The notes under the pieces were generated by a model, which searched no databases, was not told the DNA's origin, and saw only the letters and a program-made list of their open reading frames with translations. Shown one piece after another: positions 1 to 9,340 of a stretch of DNA of 31,214 bases (within the stretch, counting starts at the first letter, position 1; each line of letters begins with the position of its first letter). The translations under genes were made by a program, and so were the position numbers. Source of the DNA: Vulcanimicrobiota bacterium (GTDB lineage Bacteria; Vulcanimicrobiota; Vulcanimicrobiia; Vulcanimicrobiales; Vulcanimicrobiaceae); the NCBI GenBank assembly GCA_003135555.1, contig PLCF01000095.1:1-31214 (forward strand), read 5' to 3'.

Positions 1-39
1 GACATTTCTACTTGGGGCCGATAGGGCGGGGGTTTGCGT

Positions 40-68
40 TTGACCCCGGTCGGGCCGTCTGATATGAT
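40..68 (+). promoter_or_regulatory. sigma70-type promoter of rpmA
   Basis: TTGACC (40-45), 17-bp spacer, TG-a-TATGAT extended -10 (63-68); ATG at 78 with no SD, so a very short leader. Confidence 0.7.
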
Positions 69-77
69 CTCGCGGCT

Positions 78-359
78 ATGTTCCGGTTCGACCTCCAACT
101 GTTCGCGACCAAGAAGGGCGCGGGCTCCACGCGCAACGGGCGCGATTCCAACGCGCAGCGCCTGGGCGTCAAGCGCTACGGCGGGGAGCTGGTCATTCCG
201 GGCAACATCATCGTCCGCCAGCGCGGCACGAAGTTCCACCCGGGTAGCGGCGTCGGCATCGGCCGCGACCACACGATCTTCGCCGTCGTCGAAGGACTCG
301 TCACGTTCTCGAGCTCCAAGAACCGAAAGCACGTGAACGTCATACCAGCCGCTGTCTGA
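78..359 (+). CDS. rpmA: 50S ribosomal protein L27 with N-terminal extension
   Basis: [15 protein letters not shown]...RLGVK...[13 protein letters not shown] motifs; MFRFDLQLF extension. Confidence 0.98.
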   Translation: MFRFDLQLFATKKGAGSTRNGRDSNAQRLGVKRYGGELVIPGNIIVRQRGTKFHPGSGVGIGRDHTIFAVVEGLVTFSSSKNRKHVNVIPAAV

Positions 360-382
360 GCCGGCCGTCGGTCTGAACCCCG

Positions 383-407
383 AAGAGCCGTCATGACGGC
401 TCTTTTT
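383..407 (+). terminator. intrinsic terminator after rpmA
   Basis: perfect palindrome AAGAGCCGTCATGACGGCTCTT running into a T-tract. Confidence 0.8.
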
Positions 408-421
408 GCTTTGTACGCCTG

Positions 422-1699
422 ATGCAGTTCATCGACGAAGCCAGCATCAATGTGGCGGCCGGGAACGGCGGCGACGGAATCGTGGCGTGGCGGCGTGAGA
501 AGTACGTGCCCAAAGGCGGGCCGGCCGGCGGCGACGGCGGGCGCGGGGGCGACGTGATGCTGCTCGCCGATCCCGAGCTCGGAACGCTGGTCGATTTTCG
601 TTTCAAGAAACAGTTCGCGGCCGAAGCCGGCAAGGCGGGCGGACAGAACAACAAAGCGGGTCCGGCCGGTAAGGAGATGCTCATCCGCGTCCCGGTCGGA
701 ACGCTGGTCACGCGCACCGAGCTCGATGCCGAAGGCAACCGCCTGCACGCGCGTCTGTTCGCCGACATGAGCAGCGCCGGAGAACGCGTGCGCGTCGCCA
801 AAGGCGGTCGCGGCGGATTGGGAAATCAGCATTTCGCGACGGCGGCGCGCCAAGCGCCGCGCTTCGCGGAGAAGGGCTCGCCGGGCGAGCGCTGCGAGCT
901 GCGCTTGGAGCTCAAGCTGCTCGCCGATGCGGGGGTCATCGGCGTGCCCAACGCGGGGAAATCGACGCTGCTCTCGGTCGTCAGCGCCGCGCGCCCGAAG
1001 ATCGCCGACTATCCGTTCACGACGCTCGAACCGCAGCTCGGCGTCGTGCGCGTCGCGGAGTTCGAGTCCTTCGTGATGGTCGACGTTCCGGGTTTGATCG
1101 AAGGCGCGCACGAGGGTGCCGGCCTCGGCGATCGGTTCTTGCGTCACGTCGAGCGCACGCGCGTGCTGGTGCACCTCATCGCGGGCGACAAGAGCGTCGA
1201 CGACGTGCTCGCCGACAAGCGCACGATCGAGACCGAGCTGCAGGCCTGGAACGCGACGCTGCTGGCGCGCCCGGTGATCGTCGTGATCACCAAGCTGGAC
1301 CTGCCCGAAGCGCGCGCAACGTACGAGGCGCTGCGCGAAACGATCCCCGGCCTGCGCGGGATCTCCGCCGTGACCGGCGAGGGCGTCCGCGAGCTGGTCT
1401 ACGCGACGTGGGAGACGATCAAATCGACCCCCGTCCCGGCGGTGGTGCAGCCCGAGCCGGCGCAGATCGAGCTTACCGCCGACGAGCCGTTTGCGATCCG
1501 GATCGACGACGGCGTCTACGTGGTGAGCGGCGATCGCGTCGAGCGGCTGGCGCAGATGACCGACTTCGACTCCGACGAAGCGCTGGCGCGTTTCGAGCAG
1601 GTGCTCGCGAAGATGGGCGTCGACAAGAAGTTGCGCGAAATGGGAGTCAGCGAAGGTGACACGGTCCGCATCGCCGGCGTCGAGTTTGACTATTCGTGA
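422..1699 (+). CDS. obgE: GTPase ObgE/CgtA with C-terminal OCT domain
   Basis: Gly-rich Obg fold, [22 protein letters not shown]-terminal [10 protein letters not shown]...EFDY. Confidence 0.98.
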   Translation: MQFIDEASINVAAGNGGDGIVAWRREKYVPKGGPAGGDGGRGGDVMLLADPELGTLVDFRFKKQFAAEAGKAGGQNNKAGPAGKEMLIRVPVGTLVTRTELDAEGNRLHARLFADMSSAGERVRVAKGGRGGLGNQHFATAARQAPRFAEKGSPGERCELRLELKLLADAGVIGVPNAGKSTLLSVVSAARPKIADYPFTTLEPQLGVVRVAEFESFVMVDVPGLIEGAHEGAGLGDRFLRHVERTRVLVHLIAGDKSVDDVLADKRTIETELQAWNATLLARPVIVVITKLDLPEARATYEALRETIPGLRGISAVTGEGVRELVYATWETIKSTPVPAVVQPEPAQIELTADEPFAIRIDDGVYVVSGDRVERLAQMTDFDSDEALARFEQVLAKMGVDKKLREMGVSEGDTVRIAGVEFDYS

Positions 1700-1712
1700 C
1701 AGGCGGAGCGCT

Positions 1713-2318
1713 GTGAAACTGGGCGTGTTCGGCGGGTCGTTCGATCCTATTCATAACGGGCATTTATTCGTGGCCGAAGCGGTGCGCGAGGCGTGTGCGC
1801 TGGACCGGCTCGTGTTCGTGCCGACGCGTGAAGGCAAGCACTACCGGCCCGACGCGATGAACGCGCCGGCCCACGAGCGCGCGCAGATGATTCGACTCGC
1901 GATCGCAGCCAACGTCGAGTTCGCGCTCGACGAGAGCGATCTCGCGCCCGACGCGAGCGGCTACACCGCCGACCTGCTGCCGGTGCTGCAGGCGCGCTAT
2001 CCGGACGCCGAGCTGACCTTCGTGCTGGGCGCCGACTCGCTCGTGCGCTCGCGCTGGCGGCGCCTCGACGACGTCGTGGACCGCGTCGCGGCGATCGTCG
2101 TGGCGCCGCGAGGCGACGTTTCGCGCGCCGAATTCGAGCGCGCGATCGCGGACCTCGCGCCGCAACGCCGCGCCAAGATTCGGCTGCTCGACGTGCCGCT
2201 CGTCGAGGAGTCGGCGACCTTGATCCGCGACCGGCTGCGCGCGCGCAAGAGCGTTCGGTACCTTGTCCCCGAGCCGGTCTACCGCTACATCGCCGAGCAC
2301 GGGTTGTACGCGTCGTGA
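1713..2318 (+). CDS. nadD: nicotinate-nucleotide adenylyltransferase
   Basis: [28 protein letters not shown] start at 1713 after GGAG. Confidence 0.93.
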   Translation: MKLGVFGGSFDPIHNGHLFVAEAVREACALDRLVFVPTREGKHYRPDAMNAPAHERAQMIRLAIAANVEFALDESDLAPDASGYTADLLPVLQARYPDAELTFVLGADSLVRSRWRRLDDVVDRVAAIVVAPRGDVSRAEFERAIADLAPQRRAKIRLLDVPLVEESATLIRDRLRARKSVRYLVPEPVYRYIAEHGLYAS

Positions 2319-3559
2319 GCGCCGCGGAATCGTTCGCCGTCGACAAGCGCATCGGGGGCACGGCTGCACGCGAGCTCGCCGAGGCGTACGGAACGCCGCT
2401 GTTCGTCATCGATCTCGACGAATTGGATCTGGAGATCGACCGCTTCACGACGGCCTGTTCCGCGCACGGTATTGCGCTGGGCTACGCGGGCAAGGCGTTC
2501 TTGTGCGCGGCGTTCGCCGAGCATCTCGCGGCCACGCCGCTGCGCTTGGACGTGTGTTCGCTGGGCGAGCTGGTCACTGCGGAGGCCGGTGGATTTCCGG
2601 CCGACCGGATGTACTTCCACGGCTGCGGGAAAACCGACGACGAGTTGCGCGCGATCCTCGACCGGCGGGTCGCCTTCGACGTGATCGACAACCGCGAGGA
2701 ACTCGAGCGTTTGGCCGCGTTGGCGCCGGCGGGCGAACCGCTCGAGGTGATGCTGCGGCTCAACACCGGGATCGAGGCGCACACGCACGCCTTCGTGCGC
2801 ACCGGCGGTGAGAACTCGAAGTTCGGTGTCCCGCTGGCCGAGGTGCCGGCGGCGCTCGACCGGTTGGCGCAGCTGCCGCAGCTGCGGCTCATCGGGCTGC
2901 ACTCCCACATCGGCTCGCAGATCTGCGAGCTGGAACCGTTTCTGACCAATCTCGACGAGCTGCTCGCCGCGACGCAGGTCGCGCGCGCAAAGGGCTTGCC
3001 GATCGTCGAGCTGATCTGCGGCGGGGGGATCGCGGTCGAGGAAGGCCCCGACGACCCGCGGCCGCTCGACCTGGCGGCGCTGGCGGCCGGGATGGCCGAT
3101 CGGGCCCGGACCGGCGGCGTCCGGCTCGCTATAGAACCGGGCCGCGCGCTGGTGGCCCGCGCCGGGACCTCGCTGTACCGCGTCATGGCGGTCAAGGCGC
3201 AAGGACGCCGGCGCTTCGTCCTCGTCGACGGCGGCCTGGCCGACAATCCGCGCCCGATCCTCTACGGGGCGCGTCACCTGCCCGAGGTGATGGCGGCGCG
3301 CGCGCTGGGCCCCGTCGAGCCGGCGACCCTGGTCGGCCGCTCGTGCGAGAACGACGAGATGGGCGACTACCTCTTGCCACGCGACCTCGCCGCGGGCGAT
3401 CTCGTGGCGATGCGCACGACGGGCGCCTATACCTACAGCATGGCGAGCAACTACAACCGCTTCGGGCGTCCGCCGGTCGTCTTCGTGCGTGAGGGCCACC
3501 ACCGGCGTGTCGTGCGCGGGGAAACGGCCGCCGACGTGATGCGCCTCGACGTCGTCTGA
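2315..3559 (+). CDS. lysA: diaminopimelate decarboxylase
   Basis: YGTPL, YAGKAF (PLP lysine), SKFG, HSHIGSQ, EPGR, GAYTYSMASNYN; GTGA overlap with nadD. Confidence 0.95.
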   Translation: MSAAESFAVDKRIGGTAARELAEAYGTPLFVIDLDELDLEIDRFTTACSAHGIALGYAGKAFLCAAFAEHLAATPLRLDVCSLGELVTAEAGGFPADRMYFHGCGKTDDELRAILDRRVAFDVIDNREELERLAALAPAGEPLEVMLRLNTGIEAHTHAFVRTGGENSKFGVPLAEVPAALDRLAQLPQLRLIGLHSHIGSQICELEPFLTNLDELLAATQVARAKGLPIVELICGGGIAVEEGPDDPRPLDLAALAAGMADRARTGGVRLAIEPGRALVARAGTSLYRVMAVKAQGRRRFVLVDGGLADNPRPILYGARHLPEVMAARALGPVEPATLVGRSCENDEMGDYLLPRDLAAGDLVAMRTTGAYTYSMASNYNRFGRPPVVFVREGHHRRVVRGETAADVMRLDVV

Positions 3560-3589
3560 CCGCCTTGCGCCGCAGCAGCGCGGAGTGAC

Positions 3590-4294
3590 GTGCGGCGGAA
3601 TTTTCGAGATAGTGTTGTCATCGTGCGCGACCGCCCGTACACTGATTGCATCGAACACCCAACGCCGCTGGACGCCGTCGCGCTGGCAAGCGCATCGCCC
3701 CGACGACGCGAGTTACTCGCGTCGCTGGGTTTGCGCGTCACGGTGATCCCCAGCGCCTACGACGAGGTGCCGCTCGCAGGCGTCGATCCGGCTGAGCTAG
3801 CCCTCGCCCACGCGCGCGGCAAGGTCGCCGCCGCGGCGGCGTTCGACGAGCTCATCGTCGCCGCGGACACCGTCGTCGACCTCGACGGGGCCGTGCTGGG
3901 CAAGCCCGGCGACGTGGCCGAGGCACGCGGGATGCTGCGGCGGCTCTCGGGGCGCTGGCACGTCGTCCACACCGCCTTCGCCCTGCGCGACGACCGGACC
4001 GCGGCGCGCTGGTTCGAGGTCGTGTCGACCCGCGTTCGTTTCGCCGATCTGGATGAGGGGAGGATCGACGCGTACGCCGCGACCGGGGACGGCCTCGACA
4101 AGGCGGGCGCGTACGGGATCCAAGGCTTTGCGGCGACCCTCGTCGAGCGGATCGACGGCGACTACTTCACCGTGGTCGGCTTCCCGCTCGCCGCGTTCGC
4201 CGCCGCCCTCCCGTGCATCGGCTACCGGCTTCGGCCGCCGGCCGGTTCGCGGCACCAGCCGCCGTCACTCGCTTCGAGAGAACAGGCTCCATGA
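3590..4294 (+). CDS. maf: Maf-family nucleoside triphosphate pyrophosphatase (YhdE-like); start uncertain, may be downstream
   Basis: LASASPRRRELL, AADT, LGKP, DKAGAYGIQG. Confidence 0.92.
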   Translation: MRRNFRDSVVIVRDRPYTDCIEHPTPLDAVALASASPRRRELLASLGLRVTVIPSAYDEVPLAGVDPAELALAHARGKVAAAAAFDELIVAADTVVDLDGAVLGKPGDVAEARGMLRRLSGRWHVVHTAFALRDDRTAARWFEVVSTRVRFADLDEGRIDAYAATGDGLDKAGAYGIQGFAATLVERIDGDYFTVVGFPLAAFAAALPCIGYRLRPPAGSRHQPPSLASREQAP

Positions 4295-5379
4295 GTCTCG
4301 CGGGAACGCTCCGGGCGACGTTCAGCCCCGACATCGGGATCGATCTGGGCACGGCCAACACCGTCGTCTACGCGCACGACCACGGTGTCCTCATCAGCGA
4401 GCCGTCCGTGGTCGCCTATCGCACCAGCGACGACGCGATCGTCGCGATCGGGCGTGAGGCCAAGGAGCTCGACGGGCGCGCTCCGGGCCGAATCCGGGTA
4501 GTGCGCCCGCTGCGGGGCGGCACGATCTCCGACTTCCGCGGCGCGCACGCGCTGGTGAAGACGCTCGTCGACCGGGCCCTGGCGCGCGGCTCGCGTTTGG
4601 CCCCGCGGGTCATCGCCTGCGTGCCGGGCTGTGCCACCGACATCGAGTGCAAGGCGGTCGAGGAGGCGATTCGCGCCGCCGGACCGCGCACCACCGAGTT
4701 CGTTCCGCAGGCGGTCGCGGCCGCCGTCGGCGCCGGGCTCGACATCACCGGGACGCGACCGGCGATGGTGATCGACATCGGCGGCGGCACCACCGAGATC
4801 GCGGTGCTCACCTTGTGCGGGATCGTCGCGATGAGCTCGATCAAGGTCGGCGGCGACACCTTCGACGCGGCGATCACCGCGCGGCTGCGCCAGGAGTACT
4901 TCGGGATCGGACCGCTCACCGCCGAGCGGCTCAAGATCGAGCGCGGCTTCGCGGGCCGTTTGCCCGGCCAGGAACCCTACTTCGTCTCGGGGACCGACAT
5001 GCGCAACCTGCGCCCCGGAAAGCGAGCGATCGACGAAGCGCTGGTCGGCGAAGCGATGCGCGACGGCATCGACCGCATCGCGCGCGCCGCGTGGGCGATC
5101 CTCGAGGCCACGCCGCCCGACCTCGCCGGCGAACTGATGGAAGCCGGGATCATGTTGACCGGAGGCGGCGCACTCATTCCGGGACTCGCAGGCGAGATCG
5201 GCGTGCGGACGAACGTGCCGACGACCGTCGCCGACGACCCCTTGGGATGCGTGGCTCGCGGCGCCGGGGAGATTCTGGCTTCGCCTGGTCTGCTCGAACG
5301 GCTGCGGCCGCACGCGGATCGGTTGACGAGGTGGTACCAATCGTTACGAATCGGGATGAGAGAAAGCTATTCGCGATAA
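4291..5379 (+). CDS. mreB: rod shape-determining protein MreB (divergent)
   Basis: DIGIDLGTANT, EPSVVA, DIGGGTTE, TPPDL, LTGGGAL; ATGA overlap with maf. Confidence 0.93.
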   Translation: MSLAGTLRATFSPDIGIDLGTANTVVYAHDHGVLISEPSVVAYRTSDDAIVAIGREAKELDGRAPGRIRVVRPLRGGTISDFRGAHALVKTLVDRALARGSRLAPRVIACVPGCATDIECKAVEEAIRAAGPRTTEFVPQAVAAAVGAGLDITGTRPAMVIDIGGGTTEIAVLTLCGIVAMSSIKVGGDTFDAAITARLRQEYFGIGPLTAERLKIERGFAGRLPGQEPYFVSGTDMRNLRPGKRAIDEALVGEAMRDGIDRIARAAWAILEATPPDLAGELMEAGIMLTGGGALIPGLAGEIGVRTNVPTTVADDPLGCVARGAGEILASPGLLERLRPHADRLTRWYQSLRIGMRESYSR

Positions 5380-6155
5380 TCGGGACGGTCGTCGTGGCCG
5401 CTCTCATCGCGCTTCTCCAACTCGACTTTGCGCGCGCCGGTAGGACGTCGCCGCTCACCGTCGTCGTCACGGCGGTAAGCACGTACCTGCAGCTGGCCGC
5501 GTCGACGGTCGTCAACGTCGCGCGCGGCGGAGTCGACGCCGCGGTGCGCACCCCGCGGCTCGCTGCGGACAACGGCCGGCTGCGCGCCGAGAACGCGACA
5601 TTGCGGCTGCAGAACGACGAATACCGCGAGCGCCTCGCCCGCGTCCCCGCTGCGCAGGACATCGCGGCGGCGAAGCTCGCGCACCCGGACGGCCTCGAAG
5701 CGACCGTGATCGGCTACGATCCCGAGGCGGCGATGCACGTCGTGACGATCGACCGGGGCGCCAAAGACGGCGTGCACCGTGACGACGGCGTCGTGAGCGG
5801 CGCGGGGGTCGTTGGCCGCATCGTCGAGGTCGCTCCGCTGTCGTCGAAAGTCTTGCTCGTGAGCGATGCGACGTCGAAGCTGCCCGCGGTCGTGCAACGC
5901 GGACGCTGGTGGGCGATCGCGGTCGGCACCTCGACGCGCGTGCGGCTGCGCTATGTCTCGCAGGACGCGAAGTTGAAAGTCGGCGACCGTGTCGTCACCG
6001 GCGAAGGCCGCTCGTTCCACGCCGGCGTGTTGATCGGCCGCATCAAGGAGCTCGCCCCCGTCTCCGCCGGCGCGCTCGATCAAACCGCGATCGTCGAACC
6101 CTCCACCGATCTGGCCGCACTGTCACGTGTCGTCGTTCTACCGCCGAAAATATAG
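5331..6155 (+). CDS. mreC: rod shape-determining protein MreC; start approximate
   Basis: N-terminal TM helix, coiled coil (LRAENATL), TIDRGAKDGV, GVVGRI, GDRVVT; position after mreB. Confidence 0.92.
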   Translation: MVPIVTNRDERKLFAIIGTVVVAALIALLQLDFARAGRTSPLTVVVTAVSTYLQLAASTVVNVARGGVDAAVRTPRLAADNGRLRAENATLRLQNDEYRERLARVPAAQDIAAAKLAHPDGLEATVIGYDPEAAMHVVTIDRGAKDGVHRDDGVVSGAGVVGRIVEVAPLSSKVLLVSDATSKLPAVVQRGRWWAIAVGTSTRVRLRYVSQDAKLKVGDRVVTGEGRSFHAGVLIGRIKELAPVSAGALDQTAIVEPSTDLAALSRVVVLPPKI

Positions 6156-6681
6156 GAGCATCGAGATCGCGGTCGGCCCGGCGTATTGGCCGGTGCTGGG
6201 CTGGACCGCGCTCGTGACCCTGGCCCAAACCGTCATCATTCCGCTGCTCGCGTTTCGCGGCGCCGTCCCGTCGCTGGTGACGATCGCGGTCGTGCTGTAC
6301 GCATCACGCGCCGGCGCGCGCCGCGGCGCGCTGCTGGCGCTACCCGCCGGTTTGCTCGAAGACATCTTCGCCGGCACGTCGGGCGGCTGGACGGTCTCGA
6401 CGACGGTGGTCGCACTGCTCGTCGGCGGGTTCTCGCGCCGCATGTTCGCCGACGGGGCCTTCGTGCCGGCGATGCTGTGCGGCGGCGCGGTCCTCGTACG
6501 CGATCTGATCTTCTGGGCGATCATGCGCATCGAGGGGTTTCCGGTCGGTTACGCGATGGCGCACGCCCACACGTCGCTGTGGCGCGCGCTCCTCACCGCC
6601 TTGGTCGCGTTCGCATGGTTGGTGGTGCGCGGCAGGCTGGTGACCGACAAGACGACCATCGAACGCTACGGGTACACCTGA
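6127..6681 (+). CDS. mreD: rod shape-determining protein MreD
   Basis: multi-TM protein with PSLVTIAVV and GLLEDIF, between mreC and PBP2. Confidence 0.88.
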   Translation: MSSFYRRKYRSIEIAVGPAYWPVLGWTALVTLAQTVIIPLLAFRGAVPSLVTIAVVLYASRAGARRGALLALPAGLLEDIFAGTSGGWTVSTTVVALLVGGFSRRMFADGAFVPAMLCGGAVLVRDLIFWAIMRIEGFPVGYAMAHAHTSLWRALLTALVAFAWLVVRGRLVTDKTTIERYGYT

Positions 6682-8546
6682 TGGCGGCGCTCGACCGGGT
6701 TCCGAACGCTCCCGAGCGGCCGCTGGTCCGCGTGCTGGCATTTGCCGCGGTGCTCGCGATCGCGTTGATCGTGATCGTCGTCCGGCTCGCGGACGTCCAA
6801 TTGGTGCAAGGGGAGGCCTTCGCCAGCGCGGCGCGCGCCAACCAGATTCAAGTGATCCCGGTGGCGGCGCCGCGCGGCCTCATCGTCGACCGGCGCGGCG
6901 TGGTGCTGGTGCGCTCGCGCCCGTCGTTCGTGTGCGCGCTGATCCCGTCGGAGATCGCCGACATCGACAAGACCCTCGACACGCTCGCCGCCGTGCTCAA
7001 CGTTCCGGCCGCGAAGCTGCACCACCGCCTGCTCCACCACCACGGCAAGAACTACGAGAACTTTGAGCAGGTCAAGACCTACGAGCCGTACGGTCCGGTG
7101 ATCCTCGCGACCGACCTCACCCCGGCGCAAACCGCACGTCTCGCCGAGGCGCAGAGCGATCTACGGGGCGTCGACATCGAAGAGCAGCCGGTGCGCAACT
7201 ACCCGTTCGGGAAGCTGGGCTCGCACCTGTTCGGCCACGTCGGCGCCATCGACGAAGACGAGTATCAACACCGAAAGCGGTTCGGATACTCACCCAACGA
7301 CGTCACCGGAAAGAACGGGCTGGAGAACTGGTACGACAATCAGCTCCACGGCCGCGCCGGCGGCGAGCAAGTCGTGGTGAACGCGTCGGGCGCGCTGGTG
7401 GATCGCCTCAAGCCGCTCGATCCCGTCCCGGGCGATACGCTGGTGACCACCCTCGACTGGCGGCTGCAGCGGATCGTCGAGAAGAACTTGGGCGCGATGC
7501 TCGCGCGCTGGGGCAAAGCGCGCGGCACGCGCCTCGCCGGTGCGGTGGTCGTGCTCGACCCCTCCACCGGCGGCGTGCTGGCGCTGGCGTCGATGCCGGA
7601 GTTCGACCCGAACGAGTTCGCGACGCCGATCGACGAGAAGAAGTACAGCCGCCTGGTAAACGACAACCTCAAACCGCTGTACGACCGCGCGATCGCGGCC
7701 GAGTCACCGACCGGTTCGACCTTTAAGATGGTCACCGGGACCGCCGCGATCTCGAGCGGCGTGATCGAGCCCAACCAAGTCCTCTACGACTCGGGCGCGT
7801 GGGCCTGTCACGGCGTCGTGTTCCGCGACATCGCGGCGGGGGGACTGGGCAGCGTCGGCTTCGTGCGTGCCCTCGCCGCGTCGTCGGACGGGTACTTCTA
7901 CCAACTCGGCTACCGCCTCGGTCACGACCGCCTGCGCTATTACGCGAAGCAGTACGGGCTGGGGTCACGCTTGGGCGTCGACCTTCCGGGCGAATTCACC
8001 GGCAACTGGCCCACCGAAGAGTGGACACAGAAAACGTACCATTTGCACCTCGAGCCCAGCGACGTCTGCCAGCTCGCGATCGGACAAGGCGCGATGCAAG
8101 CCACCCCGCTGCAGATGGCCAACATCGCCGCGACGATCGTCAACGGCGGAACGCTGTACCGGCCGCACATCGTCGCCGAGATCCGCTCACCACGCGGTCG
8201 CATCGTGCACAATTTCGGTCATCCCGTGATCCGCAGAGTCAACGTCAGCGCCGAGGCGATCAAAGAAGTCCGGGCCGGGATGGCGCAGGTGACCGATCCG
8301 GGCGGCACCGCCTACGGCCTCGCGATCGCCGGCCTCCCCTTCTCCGGCAAGACCGGCACCGCCGAAACCGAAGGCGGCCGCGGCGCGAACACGACCTGGT
8401 TCGTCGCCTACGCCCCCTCCGATCACCCCAAGATCGCCCTGGCCGTCTACATCGAAAAATCCGGCAGCTACGGCGCCACGGTCGCGGGCCCAGTCGCCCA
8501 ACACATCATCGCCGACTACTTCGGCAAACAAATCCCGCCGATCTAA
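6681..8546 (+). CDS. mrdA: penicillin-binding protein 2 (class B transpeptidase)
   Basis: TM anchor, APRGLIVDRRG, SxxK (GSTFK), KTGT; TGATG overlap with mreD. Confidence 0.95.
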   Translation: MAALDRVPNAPERPLVRVLAFAAVLAIALIVIVVRLADVQLVQGEAFASAARANQIQVIPVAAPRGLIVDRRGVVLVRSRPSFVCALIPSEIADIDKTLDTLAAVLNVPAAKLHHRLLHHHGKNYENFEQVKTYEPYGPVILATDLTPAQTARLAEAQSDLRGVDIEEQPVRNYPFGKLGSHLFGHVGAIDEDEYQHRKRFGYSPNDVTGKNGLENWYDNQLHGRAGGEQVVVNASGALVDRLKPLDPVPGDTLVTTLDWRLQRIVEKNLGAMLARWGKARGTRLAGAVVVLDPSTGGVLALASMPEFDPNEFATPIDEKKYSRLVNDNLKPLYDRAIAAESPTGSTFKMVTGTAAISSGVIEPNQVLYDSGAWACHGVVFRDIAAGGLGSVGFVRALAASSDGYFYQLGYRLGHDRLRYYAKQYGLGSRLGVDLPGEFTGNWPTEEWTQKTYHLHLEPSDVCQLAIGQGAMQATPLQMANIAATIVNGGTLYRPHIVAEIRSPRGRIVHNFGHPVIRRVNVSAEAIKEVRAGMAQVTDPGGTAYGLAIAGLPFSGKTGTAETEGGRGANTTWFVAYAPSDHPKIALAVYIEKSGSYGATVAGPVAQHIIADYFGKQIPPI

Positions 8547-8554
8547 TGGTGGTT

Positions 8555-8707
8555 GGTGCGGGTGGCGACGGTGCGGTGCCGGGGACGCTCCCTGCGGCGC
8601 ATCCTGCGCCTCAGTCGCTCGGCGCTCCGTTCGCTCCCGGCCCTCCAGGCCTCCGCTCCGTCGCGACGCCCCGTCACCGCACCGTCGCCACCCACACCCC
8701 GCACGAT
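8555..8707 (+). repeat. structured REP/MITE-like repeat, copy 1
   Basis: 30-bp terminal stem (8555-8584 with 8669-8698, 2 mismatches) enclosing an 84-bp core shared with copy 2. Confidence 0.9.
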
Positions 8708-8793
8708 TGGAGTGCGCGCAGTTGCCAGCCTTGAGTCCATCGAAGCGCGGCCCGTGACCAAGAACGGTCTCTCGCGCCGTCACACGACTGCCG

Positions 8794-9078
8794 GTGTGTA
8801 ACGACCCAATCAAACTACTAGCAGCCGAAGCGCTCCTCTTCACCTGGGGAGCTATTGCCCTTTGGTACAGCTTTCGCGTCGAAGCGGAGCTTGCTCGCGG
8901 GAAGCGGGTCTATGGTAAGCTTGGCATCGGGTTCATCTGGAACTTCTGTGAGGCGATGATTGCGCCAGGTAACCCCGCCTTACGCATTCGGATCTACCGC
9001 ATCATCGCGTACTTCTTCACCGCGTTCTTCTGGGGTGTTTGCATCCTCTTCATAGTGGCGGCGCCGAGGTGTCAATGA
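8794..9078 (+). CDS. small hypothetical membrane protein
   Basis: 94-aa ORF with 2-3 hydrophobic segments; visibly lower GC than neighbours; start uncertain. Confidence 0.55.
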   Translation: MCNDPIKLLAAEALLFTWGAIALWYSFRVEAELARGKRVYGKLGIGFIWNFCEAMIAPGNPALRIRIYRIIAYFFTAFFWGVCILFIVAAPRCQ

Positions 9079-9098
9079 TGTTTTGTCTCGATCGTGGC

Positions 9099-9125
9099 GC
9101 ATGCTTCGACGGGGCTCAGCATGAC
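9099..9125. repeat. short REP-like imperfect palindrome
   Basis: GCATGCT-TCGACGGGGCTC-AGCATGAC; resembles the CTTCGACNNGCTCAGNATGAC REP-like class I recall. Confidence 0.6.
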
Positions 9126-9176
9126 AAAAAGCCACATCCCGCGGACAAAAAGCTCCTCCCACGGCTTTGAATAACG

Positions 9177-9331
9177 ATCGTGCCGGGGTGGGCGGTGCGA
9201 CGGTGTGACGTCGGGGCGTCGCGACGGAGCGGAGGCCTGGAGGGCCGAGAGCGAACGGAGCGCCGAGCGACCGAGGCGCAGGATGCGCCGCAGGGAGCGT
9301 CCCCGACGGCACACCGTCGCGCCGCCCACCC
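9177..9331 (-). repeat. structured REP/MITE-like repeat, copy 2 (inverted)
   Basis: 31-bp terminal stem (9186-9216 with 9301-9331, 2 mismatches); 84-bp core 82/84 identical to copy 1. Confidence 0.9.
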
Positions 9332-9340
9332 AAAGCGCGA

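Noticed and set aside
8553..9333. Mutually similar short ORFs (8553-8801, 9072-9329, 8980-9333)
   Set aside because: The similarity comes from translating the inverted DNA repeats, not from real paralogous genes
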